Shown here one piece after another: positions 18,960-33,300 of a DNA stretch of 64,000 bases. Under the pieces are notes generated by a model. The model worked only from the letters and a program-made list of their open reading frames with translations, had not been told where the DNA came from and did no database searches. The position numbers were made by a program, and so were the translations under genes. Within the stretch, counting starts at the first letter, position 1. Each line of letters starts with the position of its first letter. Source of the stretch: Longimicrobiales bacterium (GTDB taxonomy: Bacteria; Gemmatimonadota; Gemmatimonadetes; Longimicrobiales; Gaopeijiaceae); contig OZ242008.1 in the NCBI GenBank assembly GCA_965204735.1, forward strand, positions 1 through 64,000, in the 5' to 3' direction.

Positions 18960-19481
18960 CTGGAAACCGAACTTCTGGCTGGCCGGGCCCAGAAGGGCGA
19001 CCAGGCCGCCTTCGAGGCGTTGTACATCAAGACGTCCGGACGGGTGTACGCCGTCTGCCTGCGGATGTCCGGCAGCTCGCAGGAGGCGGAGGAACTCACC
19101 CAGGACGTTTACGTCCGGTGCTGGGAGAGGCTGCACCAGTTCCGGGGCGACAGCCTGTTCACGACATGGCTCCACCGCCTTGCCGTGAACCTGGTCGTCG
19201 AGCAGCGGAAGAAGCGAACCCGCGTCGCAAAGAAGGAGATGGTCGTGGAGGACTTGGACGCTTACGGCCGCCACGTGGAAGCGGTCATGCCCGAAACCAG
19301 GATCGACTTGGAGCGAGCGATTGCAGGCCTGCCTCCGCGAGCTCGGGAAGCGCTGATCCTGCGGGACGTGGAGGGGTACACCTACAAGGAAGTCGCGCGA
19401 ATGACGGGAGTCGCGGTGGGCACGGTGAAGGCGCAGGTGCACCGCGCCCGCAAGCTGGTGAGGCGTGCCCTGAACTTGTGA
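18960..19481 (+). CDS. ECF RNA polymerase sigma factor
   Basis: GDQAAFEALY, AEELTQDVY, FTTWLHRLAVN, LPPRAREALILRDVEGYTYKEVA...GTVKAQVHRAR. Start uncertain (CTG 18960 or GTG 18837). Confidence 0.92.
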   Translation: METELLAGRAQKGDQAAFEALYIKTSGRVYAVCLRMSGSSQEAEELTQDVYVRCWERLHQFRGDSLFTTWLHRLAVNLVVEQRKKRTRVAKKEMVVEDLDAYGRHVEAVMPETRIDLERAIAGLPPRAREALILRDVEGYTYKEVARMTGVAVGTVKAQVHRARKLVRRALNL

Positions 19482-19555
19482 GTGAGAAGTGGGACGGCGG
19501 CCGGGCACGGAATGACGGGGCCGGGCACGGAACGACGAAGGCGAGGGAACGGCGA

Positions 19556-20386
19556 ATGAACGAGCGGGACGAACGACTCCTCAACGACTACCTGGACGGC
19601 GCCCTGGGCGAGGAGGAGCGGACGGCGCTGGAGGCGCGCCTGGACGGCGAGCTGCGCCTCCTTCGGGAGTACGCCGCCCTCTTGGAGGTCGTCAAGGCGA
19701 TGGGGGACCTGCCTGCCGAGGCGAGGCCGGTCGACCCGGACGCGATCTGGGCTCGAATCGCGGAGCGGACCGGCGCTGGCGCCGGGGAGGACGTGAGGGG
19801 AGGCGCGTCGGTTCGCTCCGCACTCGGGCCACTCGGGTCCACCGAAGGAAGATCGGGATGGGCCGCCGTTCGGTCCGCGGGAGCGGCGCGAAGGGCGCTT
19901 CGGGCTTGGCGGTCTGCGCCGACCCTGCCCCGGCTGGCGGCGACGCTGGTCCTGGCGGCGCTCTCCGGCGCGGCCGCTTGGCTGGCGCTGGGCGCCCCGA
20001 GCTTCGGTCCTGCCGCCGACCCGCAGGCCGGGGTCGGAGCCGTTGCCCAGTCTGACGGGGTTTCTTCCCAGGCGTCCGCCGGCGTCGTGGCGGCCCTTGC
20101 AGGCGCCGCGGCTCCCGACGTCGACGCCATCTTCGAAGGCTACGAGACCTCGACCCGCGTATTCGATCGCGTTCTGGAGGAGGGAGCGTCGACGCTTTCG
20201 CCGGAGACGCTGGACGCGGTCCGGGAAGCGCTGGCGGTCGCGGACCACGCAATAGCCGAGGCGCGCCGGGCCTTGGAGGAAGATCCGGGAAGCGAGGAGC
20301 TGGCGCGAATCCTCTTCGCAAGCATGAAGCGGCGGCTGGAGCTGCTGCGAAGCGCCGCGGCAGTGGTCCAGTCGGCGGCCCAGTAG
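19556..20386 (+). CDS. Putative transmembrane anti-sigma factor
   Basis: LLNDYLDGALGEEERTALEARL (anti-sigma domain-like, no HxxxCxxC), central TM helix, directly downstream of the ECF sigma. Confidence 0.75.
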   Translation: MNERDERLLNDYLDGALGEEERTALEARLDGELRLLREYAALLEVVKAMGDLPAEARPVDPDAIWARIAERTGAGAGEDVRGGASVRSALGPLGSTEGRSGWAAVRSAGAARRALRAWRSAPTLPRLAATLVLAALSGAAAWLALGAPSFGPAADPQAGVGAVAQSDGVSSQASAGVVAALAGAAAPDVDAIFEGYETSTRVFDRVLEEGASTLSPETLDAVREALAVADHAIAEARRALEEDPGSEELARILFASMKRRLELLRSAAAVVQSAAQ

Positions 20387-20409
20387 TAGGCGGCAGAAGG
20401 AGGCGAGAG

Positions 20410-21372
20410 ATGCTTCTCGAAGCGTTGACGGCAGGGCTGGCGGCGACGGGCGCGGTCACGACGTCCCCAGCAGGATGGCCCGCCAAGGCGGCGTCGGCGC
20501 CAGTCGCGGTCCAGGAAACCGACACGACCTTTGGGGCCCGGGACGCGTCGCGGCTGGACGTGGAGAACCACGGCGGCGAGATCGTGGTGGAAGGGTGGGA
20601 CCGGAACGAAGTGCGCGTCCGGGCCGACCATTCGCGCCGCCGCCAAGTGGAGATCCGCCGTTCCGGGGGGACGGTGTACGTGGAGGCGGCCGGAAACGGG
20701 TTCTCGGGCGTCGCCAGGTACCACATCCAGGTGCCCGCCGGCTTCGACGTCTCGGCAGAGGGCTGGCGGACCGCCATCGAAGTGAAGGGAACCACCGGAC
20801 GGATCGACGCCGAGACCTTCACGGGGAACGTCTCCGTCAGGGGAGGACGGGGCCGGGTGTCGGCCTCGACCGTCAACGGCAGCTTGACGATCGCCGACGC
20901 CCAAGGGGACGTGACCGCCGAGAGCGTCTCGGGGACGATCCGGATCGCCGGGGCCGAAGGCTGGATCAGCGCCGAGACGATGTCGGGCACGGTTCGAGTG
21001 TCGAACTCGCGGGGGTCCGTCGTGGCGGAGGCGATTGCCGGCGCCGTGATCCTGGACGCCGTGGCGGCCGCTTCGGTGGAGGCGACCACCGTCGGCGGAA
21101 GCATCGAGTTCAAGGGAGAGACGCAGCCGGACGGCGACTACTACTTCAACACCCACGGCGGCCGCATCCTGCTGGAGCTTCCCTCCTCGACCGACGCGGT
21201 CCTGGAGGTCCACACAGCCAGCGGCCGCGTCAGGATCGACCATCCGGCGGCGGTTCCCCAGGAGAACCGCTCCCGCCGGTACAGGTCCACCTACACCCTG
21301 GGGGCCGGCGGCGCGCTGATCGAAGTGGAGACCTACAGCGGCACGATCGTCGTGCGGCCTCCAGGGTCCTGA
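20410..21372 (+). CDS. DUF4097-like beta-strand repeat protein
   Basis: Signal-like N-terminus; repeated (S/T)xxGxI/V strands (ETFTGNV, STVNGSL, ESVSGTI, ETMSGTV, ETYSGTI); SD AAGGAGG. Confidence 0.8.
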   Translation: MLLEALTAGLAATGAVTTSPAGWPAKAASAPVAVQETDTTFGARDASRLDVENHGGEIVVEGWDRNEVRVRADHSRRRQVEIRRSGGTVYVEAAGNGFSGVARYHIQVPAGFDVSAEGWRTAIEVKGTTGRIDAETFTGNVSVRGGRGRVSASTVNGSLTIADAQGDVTAESVSGTIRIAGAEGWISAETMSGTVRVSNSRGSVVAEAIAGAVILDAVAAASVEATTVGGSIEFKGETQPDGDYYFNTHGGRILLELPSSTDAVLEVHTASGRVRIDHPAAVPQENRSRRYRSTYTLGAGGALIEVETYSGTIVVRPPGS

Positions 21373-21376
21373 TCCC

Positions 21377-23842
<2,466 letters not shown>

Positions 23843-24240
23843 GGATGTCACCTCCACGACGAGGCAGGACGGACAACTGCGAAGTCGACAGAGTGGGGAA
23901 GGGACGCCGGCTTCGGCAAGGGGTGGCCAAGGGGCTTCCGCGCAGCCCGGCGGGCAGTCTCGCAGGCTCTACCTTTCGTTGAGCTTGCCGATGCGCTATC
24001 TATTGAGTTCGGCTCCGAAGCCTGGACTGCATCCAAACTTTCGCATGCTCCCAATCCGCTCTTGCTACGTGCTGCTAGGCCAGCGCGATGGACGCCCCGG
24101 CCCTGCCGAGGGGGCCCGCCCGGTGAATGTCGAGTCGAGCCCCTCTGGCCCGGCATGGCGCACGAACGGCTGGCTCGGCCACGCCCAAGCGCGCGCGGGT
24201 GCCCCTTGGGGGGGGAACCTAAGCGCGGTACTCACTCAAT

Positions 24241-24284
<44 letters not shown>

Positions 24285-24318
24285 AGCGCGCCTTTGTGGC
24301 TCTTCGCATTGCTGTCGT

Positions 24319-27300
24319 ATGAATCGAGTTGGCGGCGACGGCAAGACGGTGCGACTGACGACAAGGAAAGCGGCCGTTCTATTATGGCGACTCATGCAAC
24401 CCGTCGTTGTTTTTTTGTCACCTGGGCTGGAGCTTGCGAGACCGGATGCGGCGCATGGCCTACAAGCCCCAGTGGTGAGCGGCGTGCAGATCACCTCATC
24501 ACCGGTGAGCGACTCGACGTACCAGTTGGGGGAGAGAATCTATGTCAAAGTAATGTTCAGCAAGCCATTAAATCATTTCATAGTGGGCGCGCCGCAGCTG
24601 GCGCTGACGATCGGGTCCTTGACGAGGCAAGCGAATTTTTTTACGAGCGGTTCAAACAGCTTGACATTCATGTACGATATCCAGGCGTCGGACATGGACG
24701 CGGACGGGATCAGCATCGGCGCGAACGCACTTTCTCTGAATGGCGGAAGAATCACGTCGAGTGACGATTCGGTGGATGCCGTGCTGGATCTGGGCGACCA
24801 CGCAGTCAGGAACGACGCCACGCACAAGGTCAACGGAGGCTTAGCGACAGCGCCTTCTATTAGAAGCGTTAATTTCGGAACAAGAGGGAATGCCAGGGCC
24901 GATTCAACGTACACGCTGGGCGACGAGATACAGATCTTTGTGCTCTGGGATCGACCCATAACGGTGACGGGTACGCCGCAACTAACGCTGACGATCGGCT
25001 CTTTGACGCGGCAGGCGAGCTACTACTACGCCGCGGCACTGCCTAACTATGCCACGTTCCGCTACTACGTCCAGGCGTCGGACATGGACGCGGACGGGAT
25101 CAGCATCGGCGCGAACGCGCTGACGCTGAACAGCGGAACGATCACGCTTCGAGGTTCGAGTGCGACGAACGCGAATCTGGGCCTTGGGAGTTATGCGATC
25201 GCGAACGCGGCGACGAGCAAGGTGAACGGTGGCCGAGAAGAGATACCGGTTGTGAGCAAGGTGTCGGTCGGTCGGCCACCGGTGGGCAGCTCTTTCGGGT
25301 ACGGCGACACGATTGCCGTGACGGTGACGTTCAACAAGGCGGTGGACGTGACGGGCGCGCCGCAGCTGGCGCTGACGATCGGCTCTTTGACGCGGCAGGC
25401 GAGCTACGCCACCGGTACGGGCACGGCGTCGTTGGTATTCCGGTACGTCGTGGGCGACGTGGGCTTAGGAGACATTTTCATCAGCGCGGGTGCGCTGGCG
25501 CTGAACAGCGGGACAATCTACGTGGCCGGCGGGACGACTGCCGCGGCACTGGGGCTTCGCAATTACAATAGGATTTACGGAGTGGACAGCAGGCGTCCAG
25601 AGGTGAACGGAGTGCTTTTCCTTACACGATCGCAGAGCGACTCGACGTACCAGTTGGGGCACATCATCGAAGTGCGTGTGTTCTTCGGCGAGCCGATTTC
25701 AGTGGTGGGTTCGCCGCAACTGGCGCTGACGATCGGTTCGCAGACGCGACAGGCGAACTTGTCCGACACGTCAAGCACTAGCTTGACATTCATGTACGAT
25801 ATCCAGGCGTCGGACATGGACGCGGACGGGATCAGCATCGGCGCGAACGCACTTTCTCTGAATGGCGGAAGGATCACGTCGTCGAACTACCTGTCGAACG
25901 AAGCTGTGCTGGACCTGGGCGACTACGCGATCACCAACGCCGCCCATCAAAAGGTGAACGGAAGCTTGAAGACAGCACCGTCTGTCACCCGGGTAAGGAT
26001 GTCGAGTTTTGCCGGAACCGATTCGACGTACACGATGGGCGATGAGGTCCGCATCACAGTGTGTTGGGATCGAGCCGTCACGGTGACCGGCACGCCGCAG
26101 CTGCAGTTGACGATCGGAGCACGGACGCGGCAAGCAAGCCACTGGAGATCAGGCGGGAAATGGGACAACTGTAGCACTTTCCGCTACTACGTCCAAGCGT
26201 CGGACATAGACGCGGACGGGATCAGCATCCACACGAACGCGCTGAGGCTGAACAGCGGGACGATCACGCTTCGGGGTTCGAGCGCGACGAACGCGAACCT
26301 GCCCCTGGGGACACAAGCGATATCGAACGCCGCAGCGCACAAGGTGGATGGGAGTGTGCCGGTTGTGAGCGCGGTGTCGATCGTCTCGCCTGTGGTGGGC
26401 AACACCTTCGAACGGGGCGAGACGATCGAGGTCACGGTGACGTTCAACAAGGCGGTGGACGTGACGGGCACGCCGTGGCTGGCACTGACGATCGGGTCTT
26501 TGACGAGGCAGGCGAGCTACGCCAGGGGTACAGGCACGGCGTCGTTGGTCTTCCGGTACGTGGTGGTGGCGGGCGACGCAGACGCAAACGGTTTGAGCAT
26601 CGGCGCAAACGCACTGAACGGGTCAATTCGTGACATGCGCAGGACAACCGCAGTGCTGAGGTTGGGCAGCCATGCGGTCACAAACAGCACGGGCCACAAG
26701 GTGGCGGGCGGGACGTTCACGGTGGCGTCGGCGAGCGGGGTGGCGGTGTCGAGCACTCCGGCGACTGGCGACAGCACGTATGTGCTGGGCGAGCGGATCG
26801 AGGTTGAGGTGACGTTCACGCGGCCCGTGACGGTGACGGGCGCACCGCAACTGGCGCTGACGGTAGGTGCAGCAACGCGGCAGGCCGACTACGCTTCCGG
26901 CACGGGCACGAAGACGCTGACGTTCGGCTACACGGTGGTGGCGGGCGACGCGGATGCGAACGGGGTCGGCATCGGCGGGAGCGCGTTGGCGCTGAACGGC
27001 GGCACGATCGTAGACGCCCGGGATGATTCGACGGCGGCGAACCTAGGGCTGGGGTCGAACGCGATAGTGAACGCCGCAGCGCACAAGGTGGACGGGAGCC
27101 GGGCACCGCCGCTCGTGAGCTCAGTGTCGATCGCTTCGCCTGTGGTCGGCGACACCTTCGAGCGGGGCGACTCGGTTGCGGCGATGGTGATGTTCAATAA
27201 GGCGGTGGACGTGACGGGCACGCCCCGCCTGGCGCTGACAATCGGAAGCACAACAAGGCAGGCCTTGTACGCTTCGGGCACTGGCACGGCGTCGCTGGTG

Positions 27301-30300
27301 TTCACGTACTGGGTGGTCCAGACAGACACGGACGCGGACGGGATCAGCATCAGCGCCGGTGCGCTGGCTCTGAACGGCGGGACGATCGACGTGGCTGGCG
27401 GAACGTTGGACGCGGCTCTGGGGCTGGGCGGGCATGCGATCTCGAACAGCGCGGGCCACAAGGTCGCGGGCGGCACATTCACGGCGTCGTCGGTGAACGG
27501 CGTGACGATAACGAGCGAGCCAGTGAGCGACAGCACCTACCTGCTGGGCGAGCGGATCGAGGTCGAGGTGACGTTCACGCGGCCCGTGACGGTGACAGGC
27601 GCACCGCAACTGGCGCTGACGGTCGGCGCAGCGACGCGGCAGGCCGGCTACGCTGATGGCACGGGCACGAATGCACTGACGTTCGGCTACACGGTCGCGG
27701 CGTCCGACGCCGACAGCGACGGGCTGAGCATCGGCGCGAGCGCGTTGGTGCTGAACGGCGGCGCGATCAACGACGTGCGGCCCGGGGCGGCAGCGGCGAA
27801 CCTGGGACTGGGGTCGAACGCAATACCCGACGCCGGGGCGCACAGGGTGGACGGGAGCGGACCGCCGAGCGTGACGGCGGTGTCGATCGCCTCGCCTGTG
27901 GTGGGCGACACCTTCGAGCGGGGCGAGACGATCGAGGTTGAGGTGACGTTCAACAAGGCGGTGGACGTGACGGGCACGCCGCAGCTGGCACTGACGATCG
28001 GCTCTACAGCGCGGCAGGCGTCGTACGCGAGCGGCGCGGGCACGGCGTCGCTGGTGTTCCGGTACTTGGTGGTCCAGACAGACGCGGACGCGGACGGGAT
28101 CAGCATCAGCGCCGGCGCGCTGGCTCTGAACGGCGGGACGATCGACGTGGCTGGCGGAACGTTGGACGCGGCTCTGGGGCTGGGCGGGCATGCGATCTCG
28201 AACAGCGCGGGCCACAAGGTCGCGGGCGGCACATTCACGGCGTCGTCGGTGAGCGGCGTGACGATATCGAGCAAGCCGTCGGGCGACAGCACCTACAGCC
28301 GCACGGAACGGATCGAGGTCGAGGTGACGTTCACGCGGCCCGTGACGGTGACGGGCGCGCCCCAGCTCGCGCTGACGATCGGCAGGACGGGGGGCCGAGC
28401 CGACTACGCGAGCGGCACGGGCACGAGCGCACTGATGTTCCGCTACACGGTTCAGGCTGCGGACAGGGACACGGACGGGCTGAGTATCGGCGCGAGCGCG
28501 TTGGCGCTGAACGGCGGCGCGATCAACGACGCGCGGCCCGGCGCGGCAGCGGCGAGCCTGGGGCTGGGCGCGAACGCGATATCGAACGCCGCGGCGCACA
28601 AGGTGGACGGCAGCCGCGGACCACCGGTTGCGAGCGGGTTGTCGATCTCTTCGCCTGTGGTCGGCGACACGTTCGAGCGAGGCGAGACGATCGAGGTCAT
28701 GGTGACGTTCAACAAGGCGGTGGACGTGACGGGCACGCCGCAGCTGGCACTGACGATCGGGTCTTTGACGAGGCAGGCGAGCTACGCCAGCGGTACAGGC
28801 ACGACGTCCTTGGTCTTCCGGTACGTGGTGGTTCGAACAGACGCGGATGCGAACGGCATCAGCATCGGATCAAGCGCCTTGGCATTGAACGGCGGGACGA
28901 TCGACATGGCTGGCGGAACGTTGGACGCGGTTCTGGGGCTGGGCGCGCATGCGATCTCGAACAGCGCGGGCCACAAGGTCGCGGGCGGCACGTTCACGAG
29001 GCCGTCGGTGAACGGCGTGACCATAACGAGCGAGCCGGCGAGCGACAGCACCTACCTGCTGGGCGAGCGGATCGAGGTCGAGGTGACGTTCACGCGGCCC
29101 GTGATGGTGACGGGCGCGCCTCAGCTCACGCTGGCGATCGGCGGGGCGAGGCCCCCAGCCGACTACGCGAGCGGCACGGGCACGAACGCACTGATGTTCC
29201 AGTATACGGTTCAGGCTGCGGACAGGGACACTGACGGGCTGAGCATCGGCTGGAGCGCGTTGGCGCTGAACGGCGGCGCGATCAACGACGTGAGGTCCGG
29301 CGCGGCAGCGGCGAGCCTGGGGCTGGGCGCGAACGCGATATCGGACGCCTTAGCGCACCAGGTGAACGGCAGTGTGCCGGTTGTGAGCGCGGTGTCGATC
29401 GCCTCGCCTGTGGTGGGCGACACGTTTGAGCGGGGCGAGACGATTGAGGTCACGGTGACGTTCAACAAGGCAGTGGACGTGACGGGCACACCCCAGCTGA
29501 CGCTGGCGATTGGAAGCACGACGAAGCAGGCCTTGTACGCTTCGGGCACTGGCACGGCGTCGCTCGTCTTCCGGTACTTGGTGGTGATGGCGGACGCGGA
29601 CGCGGACGGGATCAGCATTGGCGTCGACGCGCTGGTGCTGAACGGCGGGACGATCGACGTGGCTGGCGGAACGTTGCACGCGGCTCTGGGGCTGGGCGCG
29701 CACACGGTCTCGAACAGCGCGGGCCACAAAGTCGCGGGCGGCACGTTCACGGCGTCGTCGGTGAACGGCGTGACCATAACGAGCGAGCCGGCGAGCGACA
29801 GCACCTACCTGCTGGGCGAGCGGATTGAGGTCGAGGTGACGTTCACGCGGCCCGTGAGGGTGACGGGCGCGCCCCAGCTCACGCTGACGATCGGCAGGAC
29901 GGGGAGCCGAGCCGACTACGCGAGCGGCACTGGCACGAACGCACTGACGTTCCGGTACCCTGTTCAGGTTGCGGATAGTAGGGACACGGACGGGCTAAGC
30001 ATCGGGTCGGGCGCCTTGGCGCTGAACGGCGGTGCGATCGACGACGCGCGGCCCGGCGCGGCAGCGGCGAGCCTGGGGCTGGGCGCGAACGCGATATCGA
30101 ACGCCGCAGCGCACAAGGTGGACGGCAGTAGGCGTCGGCCGGGCGTGTCGGGCGTGACGCTGGGGCTTGCCCCGGTGGGCGACACGTTCGAGCGGGGCGA
30201 CGCGATTGCCGTGACGGTGACGTTCACCGACTCGGTGGACGTGACGGGGACGCCGCAGTTGGCGCTGACAATTGGTTCGACGACGAAGCAGGCGAGCTAC

Positions 30301-33300
30301 GCTTCGGGCACGGGCAGCATGTCGCTCGTCTTCCGGTACTTGGTGGTGATGGCGGACGCGGACGCGGACGGCATCAGCATCGAATCAAGCGCGTTGGCGT
30401 TGAACGGCGGCGCGATCAAGGAAGCGGGTGGGACGACGGACGCGCTTCTGGGGCTGGGCGTGCTTGCGATCTCGAACAGCACAAACCACAAGGTGGCGGG
30501 CGGGACGTTCACGGTGGCGTCGGCGAGCGGGGTGGCAGTGTTGAGCACTCCGGCGACTGGCGACAGCACGTATGTGCTGGGCGAGCGGATCGAGGTTGAG
30601 GTGACGTTCACGCGGCCTGTGGCGGTGACGGGCACGCCCCAGCTCTGGCTGACGCTCGACGGCCGGAGGGGGGTCCCAGCCGACTACGCGAGCGGCACGG
30701 GCACGAGCGCACTGATGTTCCGCTACACGGTTCAGGCTGCGGACAGGGACACGGACGGGCTGAGTATCGGCGGCGCGTTGGCGCTGAACGGCCACGCGAT
30801 CAACGACGTGCGGCCCGGCGCGGCAGCGGCGAGCCTGGAGTTGGGCGCGAACGCGATAGTGAACGCCGCAGCGCACAAGGTGGACGGGAGCCGGGCACCG
30901 CCGCTTGTGAGCTCAGTGTCGATCGCTTCGCCTGTGGTCGGCGACACCTTCGAGCGGGGCGACTCGGTTGCGGCGATGGTGATGTTCAATAAGGCGGTGG
31001 ACGTGACGGGCACGCCCCGCCTGGCGCTGACAATCGGAAGCACAACAAGGCAGGCCTTGTACGCTTCGGGCACTGGCACGGCGTCGCTGGTGTTCACGTA
31101 CTGGGTGGTCCAGACAGACGCGGACGCGGACGGGATCAGCATCAGCGCCGGTGCGCTGGCTCTGAACGGCGGGACGATCGACGTGGCTGGCGGAACGTTG
31201 GACGCGGCTCTGGGGCTGGGCGGGCATGCGATCTCGAACAGCGCGGGCCACAAGGTCGCGGGCGGCACATTCACGGCGTCGTCGGTGAACGGCGTGACGA
31301 TAACGAGCGAGCCAGTGAGCGACAGCACCTACCTGCTGGGCGAGCGGATCGAGGTCGAGGTGACGTTCACGCGGCCCGTGACGGTGACAGGCGCACCGCA
31401 ACTGGCGCTGACGGTCGGCGCAGCGACGCGGCAGGCCGGCTACGCTGATGGCACGGGCACGAATGCACTGACGTTCGGCTACACGGTCGCGGCGTCCGAC
31501 GCCGACAGCGACGGGCTGAGCATCGGCGCGAGCGCGTTGGTGCTGAACGGCGGCGCGATCAACGACGTGCGGCCCGGGGCGGCAGCGGCGAACCTGGGAC
31601 TGGGGTCGAACGCAATACCCGACGCCGGGGCGCACAGGGTGGACGGGAGCGGACCGCCGAGCGTGACGGCGGTGTCGATCGCCTCGCCTGTGGTGGGCGA
31701 CACCTTCGAGCGGGGCGAGACGATCGAGGTTGAGGTGACGTTCAACAAGGCGGTGGACGTGACGGGCACGCCGCAGCTGGCACTGACGATCGGCTCTACA
31801 GCGCGGCAGGCGTCGTACGCGAGCGGCGCGGGCACGGCGTCGCTGGTGTTCCGGTACTTGGTGGTCCAGACAGACGCGGACGCGGACGGGATCAGCATCA
31901 GCGCCGGCGCGCTGGCTCTGAACGGCGGGACGATCGACGTGGCTGGCGGAACGTTGGACGCGGCTCTGGGGCTGGGCGGGCATGCGATCTCGAACAGCGC
32001 GGGCCACAAGGTCGCGGGCGGCACATTCACGGCGTCGTCGGTGAGCGGCGTGACGATATCGAGCAAGCCGTCGGGCGACAGCACCTACAGCCGCACGGAA
32101 CGGATCGAGGTCGAGGTGACGTTCACGCGGCCCGTGACGGTGACGGGCGCGCCCCAGCTCGCGCTGACGATCGGCAGGACGGGGGGCCGAGCCGACTACG
32201 CGAGCGGCACGGGCACGAGCGCACTGATGTTCCGCTACACGGTTCAGGCTGCGGATAGGGACACGGACGGGCTGAGTATCGGCGCGAGCGCGTTGGCGCT
32301 GAACGGCGGCGCGATCAACGACGCGCGGCCCGGCGCGGCAGCGGCGAGCCTGGGGCTGGGCGCGAACGCGATATCGAACGCCGCGGCGCACAAGGTGGAC
32401 GGCAGCCGCGGACCACCGGTTGCGAGCGGGTTGTCGATCTCTTCGCCTGTGGTCGGCGACACGTTCGAGCGAGGCGAGACGATCGAGGTCATGGTGACGT
32501 TCAACAAGGCGGTGGACGTGACGGGCGGGCCACGGCTGGCGCTGACGATTGGCAGCACGACGCGGCAGGCCTCGTACGCTTCGGGCACGGGTAGCATGTC
32601 GCTGGTATTCCGGTACTTGGTGGTCCAGACGGACGCGGACGTGGACGGGATCAGCATCGGTGCCGGCGCGCTGGGGTTGAACGGAGGGACGATCGATGTG
32701 GCGGGCGGAACGTTGGGCGCGGCGCTAGGGCTGAGCGCGCACACGATCTTGAACAGCGCGGGCCACAAGGTCGCGGGCGGCACGGTCACGGCGTCGTCGG
32801 TGAACGGCGTGACGATATCGAGCAAGCCGTCGAGCGACAGCACCTACAGCCGCACAGAACGGATCGAGGTCGAGGTGACGTTCACACGGCCCGTGACGGT
32901 GACGGGCGCGCCCCAGCTCGCGCTGACGATCGGCAGGACGGGGGGCCGAGCCGACTACGCGAGCGGCACGGGCACGAGCGCACTGATGTTCCGCTACACG
33001 GTTCAGGCTGCGGACAGGGACACGGACGGGCTGAGTATCGGCGCGAGCGCGTTGGCGCTGAACGGCGGCGCGATCAACGACGCGCGGCCCGGCGCGGCAG
33101 CGGCGAGCCTGGGGCTGGGCGCGAACGCGATATCGAACGCCGTAGCGCACAAGGTGGACGGCAGCCGCGGACCGCCGAGCGTGAGCGGGTTGTCGATCTC
33201 TTCGCCTGTGGTCGGCGACACCTTCGAGCGAGGCGAGACGATCGAGGTCATGGTGACGTTCAACAAGGCGGTGGACGTGACGGGCACGCCGCAGCTGGTG

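Noticed and set aside
18824..19540. Two-copy direct repeats (17 bp at 18824/18850; 20 bp at 19501/19521)
   Set aside because: Two copies only in GC-rich intergenic DNA; likely slippage with no supportable function.
16561..19555. Long N-terminal extensions given by the ORF track for the desulfhydrase, sigma and anti-sigma (likewise amidohydrolase from 7422, NYN from 12998, lipoprotein from 15237)
   Set aside because: They overlap neighbouring real genes; family motifs begin at the downstream starts reported.
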